63,162 nucleotides of DNA, filler included, from Globobulimina sp. (GCA_003354225.1; 31 parts of 31 records of this genome joined end to end with filler, not necessarily neighbours in it), one strand, 5' to 3'; numbered from the whole stretch's first letter, positions 12,257 to 24,403 are shown. The notes: a model not told the origin generated them from the letters alone. Program-made: numbers and translations.

Positions 12257-12699
12257 TTACAACATCTAACGCAAAACTTAAAGAAGAAGAAGATAATAAG
12301 ACTGCTGTATGGGTATGGATTGTAATTGGAACTGGTGGCTTTTGTTTGATTATCACATTAATTATTTCTATTATGCTTAAAAGAGGAATGACAATATATT
12401 GTAATGTGAATAAAACAGAAGAATATTCACAGGATGAAACTGAAAGTGATTCGCATGACGAAGAGGCAAATCCAGAATTACAAAAGTTTATGGAGGAAGA
12501 TGTTGTAATCGATGACATTGACTATGAAGATATATATTCCAATGTAAATAAAAGAGTTAAAACAAAAGAAGATTTTATGGATGAAATCAGTTGTTCGGAG
12601 GATGAAACTGAAAGTGAGCAAGAGGCAAATTTTGAATTACAAAAGTTTATGGATGAGGATGTTGTAATAGATGCCATTGACTATGATGATATTTATTGA
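12257..12699 (+). CDS. Single-pass membrane protein C-terminus with a duplicated acidic cytoplasmic segment
   Basis: TM segment VWVWIVIGTGGFCLIITLIISIML, then two copies of DETES..EAN.ELQKFM.EDVVID.IDY.DIY. Confidence 0.6.
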
Positions 12700-12731
12700 A
12701 TTGTTTCATAGATGTTTTTGCGTTTGTTTTC

Positions 12732-13100
12732 GTATTGCTATTATTGTTTTTTTCTTATACTTTTTTTTCTAGTTTTTTTGCTATTATTTTTATTATACTA
12801 CTATTTATATTTTAATTACAAATTGAGACAATTTAATGGGTTAATTCCTTCCTTATAAATTTATTCACATCCGCTATGATGGATAATTATGGATATACAG
12901 CACATTGCGGGATGCACCGCGTGGAGGCTGTGTGTCGCATCACATGGTGTTTAAAAAATGATTATCGTTTGACGTTATCTCAGGCAACAAAGGAATTCGG
13001 GTAAATGTGTTCAGCTTGTAATTAAAATAAATATTATAATCAAAATAATAGCAAAAAAACTAGAAAAAAAAAAGTATAAGAAAAACAATAATGGCAATAC
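12732..13100. repeat. Inverted repeat (about 85-90 bp arms, about 195 bp spacer) between two convergent genes
   Basis: GTATTGCTATTATTGTTTTTTTCTTATAC...TTTAATTACAA versus TTGTAATTAAAA...GTATAAGAAAAACAATAATGGCAATAC. Confidence 0.7.
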
Positions 13101-13162
13101 AATTAAAATTAAAATAAAATATAAAATAGTAAGTAAATAAAACGTAGGCACAATAAAAAAAA

Positions 13163-14198
13163 TTATACAATTACACCAGCCGGGATCTCATTTGGTCCAT
13201 TCTGTGCTGGCCTCCTTGGAGGTATTGGTATTGATGCAATTGGTGGCATTGGTATTGGCGCAACCATTGGAGGTACAACTGCTGGTTCAACAACTTCAAT
13301 TGGTCGCGGTTCAACAACCTCAATTGGTGGAGGTTCCACAACTTCAATAGGTAGCGGTTCCACAACCTCAACCGGCGGATTTGGTGCTACTTCAGTCGGT
13401 GTATTTGGCGCCATTTCAGTCGGCGTAGTTGGTGCAATTACAACAGGAATCTCGGTATTTGGATAGTTCTGCGGCAACATCGGAATCTCAACCGGTATAA
13501 AATCAGGCAACACCGGAATTGGAGGCCAGGTAAGCGAGCCAGGCGTAGTGGTACTGGGCACCGCCGGCATCGACGGTATCACCAAGGGAGTGTACGTGGT
13601 GGTGGTCGTGGTGGTGGTAGCAAACGTAGGCGAAGGCGTACTTGGATCACACGGTACGCCCACACCGCCCACCTTCCGTTTAATCACACAGCCATCGCAG
13701 GCCCCTGCGGTGCAAAACACTCTTTGAATCTCCACATTGTTGCCGGTAATAAAGGTCGTGCCGTCACAAGCCTCCCTCTCCGAGCACACCACGTCAGCCA
13801 CAGACAGCAACACCGTGTCCCCGCCGCTCGTGGCCTGCGTGTTCACCAACGTCACCACCGCATCCTTGCAAGCCATCACGCCGCCACACTCAAAGCCTGC
13901 CACCCTCCGCACTAAATTGCCCGAACCGCCTCCAAAAATAAGATCCAATTCCAGCCCATAACAGGACTCGACCGCCATGCACATTAATAAGAAGTCGTTG
14001 GCTGGGTTGGTAATGGCGCGTTGTTGGTACGCACACGCCTCGAAATCCACGCATTCCATCGTCTGTACGTTGTTATAACACATATCGATGCCCGCGGCGT
14101 CAACACACGACGGCCCACACATACAATTATTCAGCTCCACTCCGCCAGTCACGGTGCTGCCGGCGTTGAAGTCGAATATGGCGCCGGTACACGCCTCG
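13163..14198 (-). CDS. Cys-rich repeat protein with Thr/Pro-rich and PPIEVVE-repeat tail, 5'-truncated; paralogue of 2391-3986
   Basis: NNCMCGPSC and ACDGTTFITG shared with DNCICGPSC and SCDGTTFITG of the contig-2 gene. Confidence 0.8.
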
Positions 14199-14751
14199 NN
14201 NNNNNNNNNNNNNNNNNNNNNNNNNNNNNNNNNNNNNNNNNNTTAATTAATTAANNNNNNNNNNNNNNNNNNNNNNNNNNNNNNNNNNNNNNNNNNNNTT
14301 AGCAATTCGTTCGGTTTTATTTTTAATGCGCCAATGGATAATGCCATGGCTACATTCGCCAAAGATTCAATATTTGCAAAGTCAATGCTCGCGGTTTTGT
14401 AGCCATTATTGGTGTTAGTATACATATTAACATTTATCGGTTTTTGTTACATGTTAGGTTCGATGAAATAGTGGCCCGGGTTTGTTACGTGCAATCAGTT
14501 ACCGTTTATTAATTATAACTGTCAGCTCTTAAGCTTGTGCGCACTGTGCAAGGATGTCTGAATGTGTCATATGTGATGCAAATAATATTAAATTGAATTG
14601 CAAATTGAACTTGTATAACACATCAAAATACAAAACAAAATCAAACACACATAATCGATACAAAACATATTATTGATTGCAGCAAATAAAAAAATAAAAG
14701 AGATAATAATAGTTTTGTTATATAATAATTAAATTCCATGCATATGTATAA

Positions 14752-14970
14752 TTATGCAAATTTAAAACATTCACATGTTGATAAGCAATATCTGTATGTC
14801 GTAGAACATGGAGTACCCATAAATAATGTGAAGACTCTCGTAGCCATACATGTCCAATAGAGACCGCAACATACGCCGCATGCTGCGTTTGCTTGTGCTT
14901 CGGTGGTCTTTACTAATAATGATATCAATACTAAACAGACTAATGCGTATACGAAAGTTGGTTTTGCCAT
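14752..14970 (-). CDS. Small secreted cysteine-rich peptide (72 aa)
   Basis: Signal-peptide-like N-terminus ending TEA|Q; mature part has 8 Cys (C-x2-CC-x5-C-x13-C-x6-C-x3-C-x-C). Confidence 0.65.
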   Translation of the reverse strand: MAKPTFVYALVCLVLISLLVKTTEAQANAACGVCCGLYWTCMATRVFTLFMGTPCSTTYRYCLSTCECFKFA

Positions 14971-15605
14971 TTTATGTCACAGAGTATATGATATATATTT
15001 TTTATTTGATGAGTGGACGGAAGTTGAGATGATAGTGGAATTAAGAAGTGAAGAGTTTTAAAGTTTGAGGTTTTTGGATGTTGAAATAAAATACAATATA
15101 AACAAATCTCCATTATAGGGATGACCACACTAACTCTTTCGTCATTTTGCTTGACTTGTGCGTTGTTGTATTGTGTATGAATTGTACTCATCAGATATGT
15201 TCTAAAGTTAGGCATGATAACACGTTTGAATACTTTGATCACACGTTTGAAAAGTTGATCACACCTTTGAATACTGTTTATTATGTTGCTATATCCAATA
15301 CAAGAAGCTGCGACAATTGTTTCAATCACTTTATTACACAGAATATTTTTCCAAGTCAATGCTGCCATGGCTTTAGGTCTCTGTTTTATTTGTTTGACGA
15401 TATATATATATATATCAGAAATTCCATAAAAAGCATCAGAAATTCCATAATAGTGAAATTCCATGTTATAATTTTTTGTTTGATATTTGTATATCCTTCC
15501 ATTTATTGTAGTTAGGATACATGGCTTTTTGTGTAAAACCAAATTTCAAATAAGATACAAAGATATCCTGCGAAATATGGATCATTACTAGAGTTTGCCA
15601 CACAA

Positions 15606-15972
15606 TATACGTACATAGAAACAGTGTGATTATTATGACGCGATCATAATATTAAACACGTATAAATACTGCTTCATGATACCATCGATTGATTTATGGG
15701 ATATGATATATGCATATCTAAACTTTGCATATGTTGATCGCAAAGTGAAAGCGGTGTCGAGATTTTACCATTCAAACATGTACCAAATAACTAAAACTTA
15801 GTGAAAATGAAAAATCTTGGCTGTTATCTTGATACTGCTTTCACTTTGCGATCAACATATGCAAAGTTTAGATCAATATATCATATCCCATAAATCAATC
15901 GATGGTATCATGAAGCAGTATTTATATGTGTTTAATATTATGATCGCGTCATACTGTTTCTATGTACGAATA
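15606..15972. mobile_element. Foldback/MITE-like element with about 150-bp inverted arms and about 60-bp spacer
   Basis: 15606-15763 is the near-perfect reverse complement of 15826-15972, with a few substitutions and one indel. Confidence 0.8.
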
Positions 15973-16339
15973 CTGTTTCATGTGATATTTGGTATGATAC
16001 AGCCAACAATGTAGTGGATGTTCTCATTCATTACAAAATCAATATGTCTCTCCTTTGCATGAGTCCAATGTTCTCATTTTACTGCGCAACTCATCACAGA
16101 TGGAATTAAAATATTTTTTGCGGGAAGGAAAATAGGTTAATAATAAAATGTTAAAGGTAACATTTAACTTTTTGCTTTTCAGTTTGAAATTACTGTTTTT
16201 ACTGTAAACTCTTTGAATTTACAGTTTTTTACAGATTATNNNNNNNNNNNNNNNNNNNNNNNNNNNNNNNNNNNNNNNNNNNNTTAATTAATTAANNNNN
16301 NNNNNNNNNNNNNNNNNNNNNNNNNNNNNNNNNNNNNNN

Positions 16340-17383
16340 TGGTGATAAGGGTGCTGGTAAAGTGTCATTATAAACCCATTGCTGGGTGCAAATATTTGCA
16401 ATATAAATGTCATCCGATACAGTTTGTGTGCCATCCATTTGTAAAATGGTGCCACCAACAATACCAATATGACAATGGTCAATGTTAAAAACACGTGTTT
16501 TTAGTACGCCTCTTGGTAATGTTAATGATGTTAATTCATTGCAAGAGGTTGAGGTTGAGGTTGAGGTTGAACTATGATTACAAATAGTGATGGTATCAAT
16601 ATATGTGGTCGAGGAAGAAGTTGATATTCTATCCATGCCGCCGACAGTGACAATATTGTTAGCTATCAATGTGCAGCCTATTCCATACATTGCTTTATCT
16701 AAATGTGTATATGGAAATGGACATTGTATATATGTTTCTGTGGCTAAATCAAAACATAAGATCGAGTCATAAATGGTTTGTCCATAATATCCACCAATCT
16801 GATAAATCATATTATTGTCAGCGTCATAGATAACACACGCTTCAAATCTTTCTGGGCAGCCGCCAGTTATCGAATATTGCAAATCATCACATTTTATGTT
16901 TGATGGTTGTTGATTATTATTTAATTCGTTTATATTACAGCACCAACACTTTGGTTTGTTTGTGCCGTCGGAGATGGATAACATACACATTCTATTGCCG
17001 TAAATGCCGCCTTCGTTTTGTGACTCGGATGTGAATGCTTTTGCATTTAAATATAAGCCAGGAAATGGACCGGCTGATTTGAGACCACTTCCTCCAGAAA
17101 ATGTTTGTGTAATTAAATAATCGACGGATCCTAAAGAATTAATTATTTTCTCAACATCTATACGGATACATTTGGACGATTCGCCAAATAATGATAGTTT
17201 ACCACCACAAAGGTACACTCTACCAAATGAATCTATTATTGTACTCATTGATGAATGTTGACTTGGTATTGATATCTCATTCCACCCAATTGGTGTTACA
17301 AAATTATTTATATCAATACCATTGTTACAAAATAAAAATAAAAATAATAGTATTAATGATGAAATTAAGCCTAGTTGTCCCAT
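16340..17383 (-). CDS. Secreted or membrane-anchored Kelch-repeat beta-propeller protein, 3'-truncated
   Basis: Hydrophobic N-terminus; repeated VYLCGG, IYQIGG, IVTVGG and IGIVGG Kelch blades. Confidence 0.78.
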
Positions 17384-17513
17384 CTTTTTGACTTATTGAC
17401 TAGAGCACTTCAAAAAAGTTTAATAAGGAATCTTTCGGATCAATAACATACGAAAAACGTAAAACACAAGAAATTTAATTACTGAAACAGTGCCCATATT
17501 ACATTAAAATATA

Positions 17514-17876
17514 TCATACAAAAGAGCCCATTCCCTGCGGTGCAGTCGCTACACCATATTTCCTTTTATTCAATCTGTCTCTGGCTATTTGCATATCTTT
17601 CTCTCGTTGTTTTTGGGCTCTCTTTTCTTGTCCTTTCGCCTTCTTTTTACTTCCTTTTTTCGTTATTGCTTTCTTTTTTGGCACAGGTTTTGATTTATTC
17701 TTCTTTGGTTTTGTGACAGATTTCTTTTTATTTTTAGATTTTGATCCTCCTTTTTGAATGACAAACACTTTAATCTCTATATTTTTGGCATTTTTAGGCA
17801 CAGAAACTTTGACTTCTTTCATTTCATTTTTCTTCTTATTGGTCTTCTTCTTCTTTGCTTTTTTCTTTGCGCTCAT
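17514..17876 (-). CDS. Small, very Lys-rich protein (H1-tail-like composition)
   Basis: ATG at 17876; KKKAKKKK, KPKKNKSKPVPKKKA. Confidence 0.55.
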   Translation of the reverse strand: MSAKKKAKKKKTNKKKNEMKEVKVSVPKNAKNIEIKVFVIQKGGSKSKNKKKSVTKPKKNKSKPVPKKKAITKKGSKKKAKGQEKRAQKQREKDMQIARDRLNKRKYGVATAPQGMGSFV

Positions 17877-17951
17877 CAAGAAGAGTTTTTTTTGTACAGC
17901 AAAATCTGATAAACTGAACTAGGTCACTGTCGACTGTCGACTGTCGCAACA

Positions 17952-18280
17952 ATGTCAGTAGCCCAATCCAACTCGTTTACCCATTCTCAAAGGGAGAAAA
18001 TTGCTCATTTTAAATCCGTTACAAATATTCAATCAGATGATATTGCTCGTTATGCGTTGCAAAAAACTAATTGGGATGTTACAAATTGCATTAGTTTATA
18101 TTTTGAAAACCCAAATTCATTTTTAAATAATAATAATAATAATGATACCATCATTAACAATAATAATAATAATAGTAATATTAATAATGATTCTAACAAC
18201 AATAATAATAATGGTCAGCAAACAACAATTGGTTATTATGCGAGTTATATCCCAGGATTAACATCATTGGGCTCTTTAAT
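17952..18280 (+). CDS. UBA-like (UBA_4) domain protein N-terminus (UBX/FAF or DCN1-type), truncated
   Basis: KIAHFKSVTNIQSDDIARYALQKTNWDVTNCISLYF followed by poly-Asn. Confidence 0.75.
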
Positions 18281-18568
18281 NNNNNNNNNNNNNNNNNNNN
18301 NNNNNNNNNNNNNNNNNNNNNNNNTTAATTAATTAANNNNNNNNNNNNNNNNNNNNNNNNNNNNNNNNNNNNNNNNNNNNACTGCAGTCACCAGTTGGCA
18401 TGCCACAGTGTACAGATTTCAACTTTTGGATTTGATGGATCACCACAATAAATTAGGTCAATAGTTGTGGCTACATAAGTGAAAAATACATCTTTATCGA
18501 AAAACTGTTCACTTTCTACATTATCTTTTAATCCGTCACTTTTCTTTTTAACTTTGACTTTAATAGAA

Positions 18569-18934
18569 ATGGCTGCAAGAGGTGGCATTTATAGACGATC
18601 TCAGGCAACACAAGATGACGACTCTGACGACGATGATACAGTATGTCATAAATTACTAGAATTTTCTCAGCAGCAAACAACTCAAACCATTATCATTTTT
18701 ATGTAGGAAGAACCAGGGAGAATGTACGAAGTGTTTGATAAATTTGTAAAACCACTGTTTGGAAAGGACAAAAAATGGTTTTGGTGGAATATTGGATTTT
18801 TCGGTGTGGCCTGCATTATGACAAAAACACATGGATTGTACCAATTGGACTGGATGACGGACTTTTTGACCAAGGAATCGCCGCTTGACAAAGCAATGCA
18901 AACTCAAATTCCTGGACAACAGCCTCGAATCTAA
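18569..18934 (+). CDS. Small two-exon single-TM protein (about 99 aa), possibly TOM6-like
   Basis: Exon 18569-18640, GT-AG intron 18641-18706, exon 18707-18934 in frame; WNIGFFGVACIMTK TM segment. Confidence 0.55.
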
Positions 18935-19063
18935 CAACTGAACTGACTTTCATTCCAATTCGAAAGCAACAACAAAAAATGTTTAAATATCATCTGATTA
19001 AACACAAACAAATCGAGCAAGGAAAGTTTGCACTTTCCAGTGCATAACACTTTCGATTCATTG

Positions 19064-19675
19064 TTATTGTTCATCCTCTTCATCATCCAATAAACCTGGG
19101 TTTGGTGCGAATGACACATTGCATCCACACTCAGAAACAACATTTGGATTATCAATGAGTACAAATGAAGTTTGAATAAAATCCTCCACAAAATCCAATT
19201 TAGCTCCTTTTATAAATCTTAATGAAGTTTTATCCACAATAAACTGTGCATTATTTTTTGTCAAAACAATATCTTCATCCTCTTCGACATCGGAAATGTT
19301 TGCAAATTCAAATTCATATTGGAATCCAGAACAACCACCCGATGATACTCCAATTCTTAGCATTAAGTCCTTTTCGTCACGCTTTTGTTTTAAAAAATTT
19401 ATTCTTTTGCATGACGCATCTGTGATAATAAAGGGCCATTTATCCGATGTTTGTGAGGCTGATTCAGTTGCAAAAGATAATGTTGATCGCCGGTATAACG
19501 ATCTAAAATGATTATTTTTACGATATTGAATGCATATGAAATGTGATGATCGATGTGATTGATAATATCCAATCTTAGAATGATAAGCAGCAGTATTATT
19601 TCGCAATAATTTTAATTTATAATGGTTTGAGAATTGTTTCAATGGATGACGGCAAAAGTTCAGTAGCGAATTCAT
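19064..19675 (-). CDS. ISCA2: Mitochondrial A-type iron-sulfur cluster carrier (ISCA2/HesB-ErpA family)
   Basis: GGCSGFQYEF and CGCNVSF motifs; Arg-rich, acid-free N-terminal transit peptide. Confidence 0.88.
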   Translation of the reverse strand: MNSLLNFCRHPLKQFSNHYKLKLLRNNTAAYHSKIGYYQSHRSSHFICIQYRKNNHFRSLYRRSTLSFATESASQTSDKWPFIITDASCKRINFLKQKRDEKDLMLRIGVSSGGCSGFQYEFEFANISDVEEDEDIVLTKNNAQFIVDKTSLRFIKGAKLDFVEDFIQTSFVLIDNPNVVSECGCNVSFAPNPGLLDDEEDEQ

Positions 19676-19733
19676 TGTAGGTAGGCGTATTTTGTGAGGT
19701 GTTTTTGCAAAAAAATTTCTGAAAAAGCGTTAC

Positions 19734-20321
19734 ATGAATACCAACAACATTAAAGAGAAAATAAACCAACTATTGACAATTCAAGAGAAAATTAACATTT
19801 CTGATCCCAATTTAGATGCAACGCATCCAACATTGGTACCGTGGGTTCAAGGAATGAGAAAGGCGGGTTATACAAATGAACAAATACAAATGTATTTGAA
19901 TCAGCCGGAAAAATCAACTACACCAAATACTACAAACAGTGGTTTATCAATTCAAGAGATCCCTTTGTATTATTTTTTTTGTAATATTGGTAAACCGTAT
20001 GCGAAAATACAACATTTTGCGCAAGATTGGCCACAAAGCCTTGAGTTACTGTCACAGTCTGCATCTGAATTTATCCATATCCTAAAAAATCACAACACCA
20101 CAACCATTATTGCTCAATGCAACAGCTACTGTATCGATGCTTTTTTATTTCAAAAACTATGTAATATATTCTTATTGGAAGTATTTATATCATCAAATAA
20201 ATTCAGAGATTTGTTCAAAATATTTAATAAACCCTTCTTAATAAGATATAATGCAACATTGATTGAAAAAAATTTGTCATTTTTTAATTTAAACTATTTC
20301 TTAGGAACTTTATCCGGTTAT
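19734..20321 (+). CDS. Hypothetical protein, 3'-truncated
   Basis: Open from ATG 19734 to the linker; head-to-head with ISCA2. Confidence 0.55.
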
Positions 20322-20421
20322 NNNNNNNNNNNNNNNNNNNNNNNNNNNNNNNNNNNNNNNNNNNNTTAATTAATTAANNNNNNNNNNNNNNNNNNNNNNN
20401 NNNNNNNNNNNNNNNNNNNNN

Positions 20422-20697
20422 TCGAGTGAAGAGGATTTTAATTATGCACAGGCAACTATGGCATTAATGGACAGATGGCAAAGAGGGGAAATCACAGAGG
20501 ATGAATACACGACGGAAATGAGACGGCTAGGTCGTCTAATCTTGGATGACCGTAATGATGATAATCGTAATTACAATACTGTGGGGGTGGATTTGGATGA
20601 ATGGAAAGATGGGGAAGAAGATTTTGATGATGAGGAAAATGTGGAAGATTTGGACGAGGATGAAGAGGAAAATGAGGATATGGAAATTGATGGTTGA
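20422..20697 (+). CDS. Acidic C-terminal fragment of a hypothetical protein
   Basis: Open from the contig start; D/E-rich tail. Confidence 0.45.
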   Translation, partial: SSEEDFNYAQATMALMDRWQRGEITEDEYTTEMRRLGRLILDDRNDDNRNYNTVGVDLDEWKDGEEDFDDEENVEDLDEDEEENEDMEIDG

Positions 20698-20796
20698 GGT
20701 GGATGAAATTGATATTCTTCTTTGTTTTTTGTTTTTTGTTTAGTTTCTCTATTTAACCTTACTAAAAATTTTTAACTTTTAATCACAGAAAAAGTA

Positions 20797-22104
20797 ATGT
20801 CGTCACCAGTTGATACGGACCGTACGGTGGAGAAGTTGATACAAATGCAATTGCGTACGATGGGACCATCCCGTGCTCAGTCATTTGGCAGGTGGTTGCA
20901 ATTAGATTTTGATAGTGACTGTCAAGTAAACGTAATCATTAAACTTGTCATCGATTCTGGCAAATGTAGCACCTTTGAAGATTTTGGTCAATTGTGGGCA
21001 AATTGGTTGGATTGTGGTCAAGATGACGAGGAGGAAGAAGAAGATGTGGAGGAAGAGGAGGAACAGGAGGAAGAGGAGGAAACAGATATTGAGGACTGTG
21101 GGATATGTTTACGGGAGAAATTGGAGGTTAACGATGTGGAGAGAGGACTCGATGTGGCTGCTCTATCCTCGTGTTCGCATACATTTCATTTCAATTGCAT
21201 TGATAGTTGGAAAAATGTTAAGTAATTCGTATGCGATTAACCGTATGTGATTAAATATATATTATATACAATATCACACAGATAGCGAATACGTGTCCTA
21301 CTTGCAGGGCGATATTTTCATTTATTAAACGCGGTTCTCGCGAATATGCAGTAAAACCACCAAAGAGAAAATATCAAGATATGGATGACTACGTGGCCGA
21401 GTTGATGGGGCGACCGTGTCTTATATGTAAACGTATGTTTTATTTTTAGTTGGATTTATTTTTTAGTTGTTTTTTTTTCAGAAATGGATAATGTGGATTT
21501 GGCTTTATTATGTGATGGATGCGATGAATGTTATCATACATATTGTGTTGGATTAGACTTCAATGTACCAGAAAATGATTGGTATTGCGATAAATGTTTG
21601 CTTTTACGACCGCATAGTTCTGATGAGGACAGTGATTTCAATCCTAATCCGGAGGAAAAAGAACAAAAGGAAACGGGTAATAAACGGAGGAAAAAGAAAA
21701 GAAAACGACAAAAGGAAAATGATTTATGCGATACAGAGGAGGAGATGAATTTTCTACAGAGGAGACAGAGGAGGAAAAATAGTCATAATCAAAATCTTAA
21801 AAGGGTGATGACCTTTAAGCAGCCTGTTAGAAGGAGAAGGAAAAGGAAAGGGAGAACCGTAAAATGTATATTCTCTTTGATAAAAAAGAAGAAAAAGAGG
21901 AAAAAGAGTAATAATCTATTATCTTTGATTAAAACGAACAGAAACAGAAAGAGCAAGAATTATAACAATAGCAAACGGGAAATGGATGATTTTAGTGGAG
22001 AAGAAATTCATTATGATAACAATAACAATAGCAAACGGGAAATGGATGATTTTAGTGGAGAAGAAATTCATTATGATAATGATGATCAGTTTTTTAAAGA
22101 TTAA
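20797..22104 (+). CDS. RING-finger plus PHD-finger protein (PHRF1-like architecture), 3 exons
   Basis: CGIC...CSHTFHFNCIDSWKN|IANTCPTCR RING across intron 21217-21281; CLIC|...LLCDGCDECYHTYCVGL...WYCDKC PHD across intron 21432-21481; 60-bp in-frame duplication near the end. Confidence 0.88.
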
Positions 22105-22462
22105 TAATGATTCGATCATGACTTGTTATTTAATACACTGTGTTTTTTTTTCTTAGTGTTTTGAAGATACACCGTGTTTTGGGTTTTCACAAATTTTTGT
22201 AGTACTTCGAAATCTTTAATCATGCCAATTCAAACAGCAAGGGAGGCCAGAGAAGAGGAGAAAAAATTCAAACAAGAAATGGCGGAATCAGGAAAAAAAT
22301 ATTATTACTTTAATTATTCGGAAAAGACTAAATTTGCAACGTGGCAATTTACAAATTATTTTNNNNNNNNNNNNNNNNNNNNNNNNNNNNNNNNNNNNNN
22401 NNNNNNTTAATTAATTAANNNNNNNNNNNNNNNNNNNNNNNNNNNNNNNNNNNNNNNNNNNN

Positions 22463-24403
22463 TTTAATTAATTATAACACATAGATATATTATATACGAT
22501 ACCTAGTGTTGGACGCCGAGAGGGAGTCACAAGAAGCCCTACAAAAAGCATTAAATGTGATCGACGCGACTCAATATAAAAGTACTGCGACTCATATCTA
22601 TTTCCCATTAATTATTGGTGCTCCGTGGTCAAAATTATCCATCGCAATTTCTCCAATACTCGGAATTAATGAAATGGGATCAATCAGTTGTGGATCAACA
22701 TCAGTTGCTTTGTCAGATACCACCAAATATCCTTATTTCTATAGAACTACTCCAACCGACGCATTGCAAGTAAATGGTATCCTTGCCTTGTGTTACCAGT
22801 TTGGATGGAGGGAAATCGCAGTGGTATATGTGATGAATGACGAGTACGGCTCATATTTCTCATTAGGCATTCAAAGGGAGCGCAAACAAAATAAATCACA
22901 TCCCATCGATATAACATCTATTGCTATTTCAAACGATGAAACACAATTTCGAACATACTACGACGCAGCCACACAAATAAAAGAATCAAATATTTATGTT
23001 ATTGTAGTTGTTTCCCATTCTGATTCTACATTATTTGATGTCTTTAAGGAAGAGGGTCTTCTTTCTTATCCCTATTACATTATAGGCACAGATGGCTGGT
23101 TTAGCACCGCACAAATAAAGAAATTGGCAATAAATGAACAGGATTTACAAGGATTTATAGGTTTAACTCCTTGGAACCCCGACAGTTTGTCAGATAACGA
23201 TTTGTATTCAAATAAATATCCGGAGATTTACGCTGTAAACAAAGCAAAGACGATATTGGAGCAGATTTTGGTGGATTGGAGCATAGAGGAAAAAAATGGA
23301 TTGGAGAATTTGCACACATACTCCAGTGAGGTTTTGAGTACAATGGTTTATGCGTATGATGCAATGTATGTAATTGCTAACGTCATAGAAAAAATGGGCG
23401 ATATAGCTATAACTGATGGAATGATCGATATTAATACCATTGATAGGATCATTACGGAGGAATTAAATTTTACGGGCGCATCAGGTCGGGTTGCATTCAA
23501 TGCAAACGGTGATCGCAAGTACGAATTATATTCAATTGGGAATGCATTGGCAAATGGAACTGTTGCGCAGATTGGCTTTTTTTATCAAGGTAGTGATGGT
23601 ACAATCAAATTAGAGATGGATGCAAATGAAATTCAATGGCCTGTGGCTTGGGGCAAAGTGGAGCCGCGATTAGATGTTGTGCTGCGGGGTCAAATTATCA
23701 CCATAGATACCGCAGTTTCAGTTGGCATTTTTGTATGTTTGGGTATTTCGTTATTGATAGCATTTATATTCATGGTATTAATATGTTATTATCGCAAGAA
23801 TATGATCATTATACATGCGAGTTGGAAATTGAATGTTAGTATGAGTATTGGCGCCATATTGCTTTATGTTGGTGCTGTGTTATTTGGTATTGACGAATCA
23901 TATATATTCGACCACTATGCATTGACTATTTTTTGTAATTTGCGGTTATGGATTACCAACATTTCATGTACCTTATTATTTATGCCGCTATTTTTAAAAA
24001 CATATCGATTGAGTCATATATTTAAGAAGGTTTTGGTAAAAACAGTATTCAGTGACGCAAAATTATTTGTTTATACCGCGATTTGCATTGTTGTGGATAT
24101 TATTTTATTGACATTGTTTACATTTTTGCCCGGATTGCAACGTAATTATGAAATAGCTGAGGAATGGATGTGGATTGGAACGTGTTCGTTTGCTGTGCCA
24201 CAATTTCATTGGTTATTTTTTGTGGTTATTTTATGGAAGTTATGTGAGTTAACATTTGGTATTTATTGTGGTTTAATAGTTTCGCGCATTGAAGACGGTA
24301 CAAATATATTACGAAGGTACGACGAAACTGGAATGCAATTGTTATCCATTTTAATTACATGTTTTGTGATCTCCAGTGCTGTCTTAATATTTGTATTTGG
24401 TGC
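22463..24403 (+). CDS. Class C GPCR, GABA-B-like (Venus-flytrap/ANF-receptor domain plus 7tm_3), partial
   Basis: IIGAPWS, STSVALSDTTKYPYFYRTTPTD, FTGASGRVAFNANGDR, ASWKLN, CNLRLW, KTYRL; no Cys-rich linker. Confidence 0.88.

Noticed and set aside
14940-15542. 200-aa ORF and its antisense 122-aa ORF
   Set aside because: No ATG start, no motifs, AT-rich; cannot be supported as coding.
21962-22079. 60-bp in-frame duplication in the RING-PHD gene
   Set aside because: Simple slippage duplication in a disordered tail.
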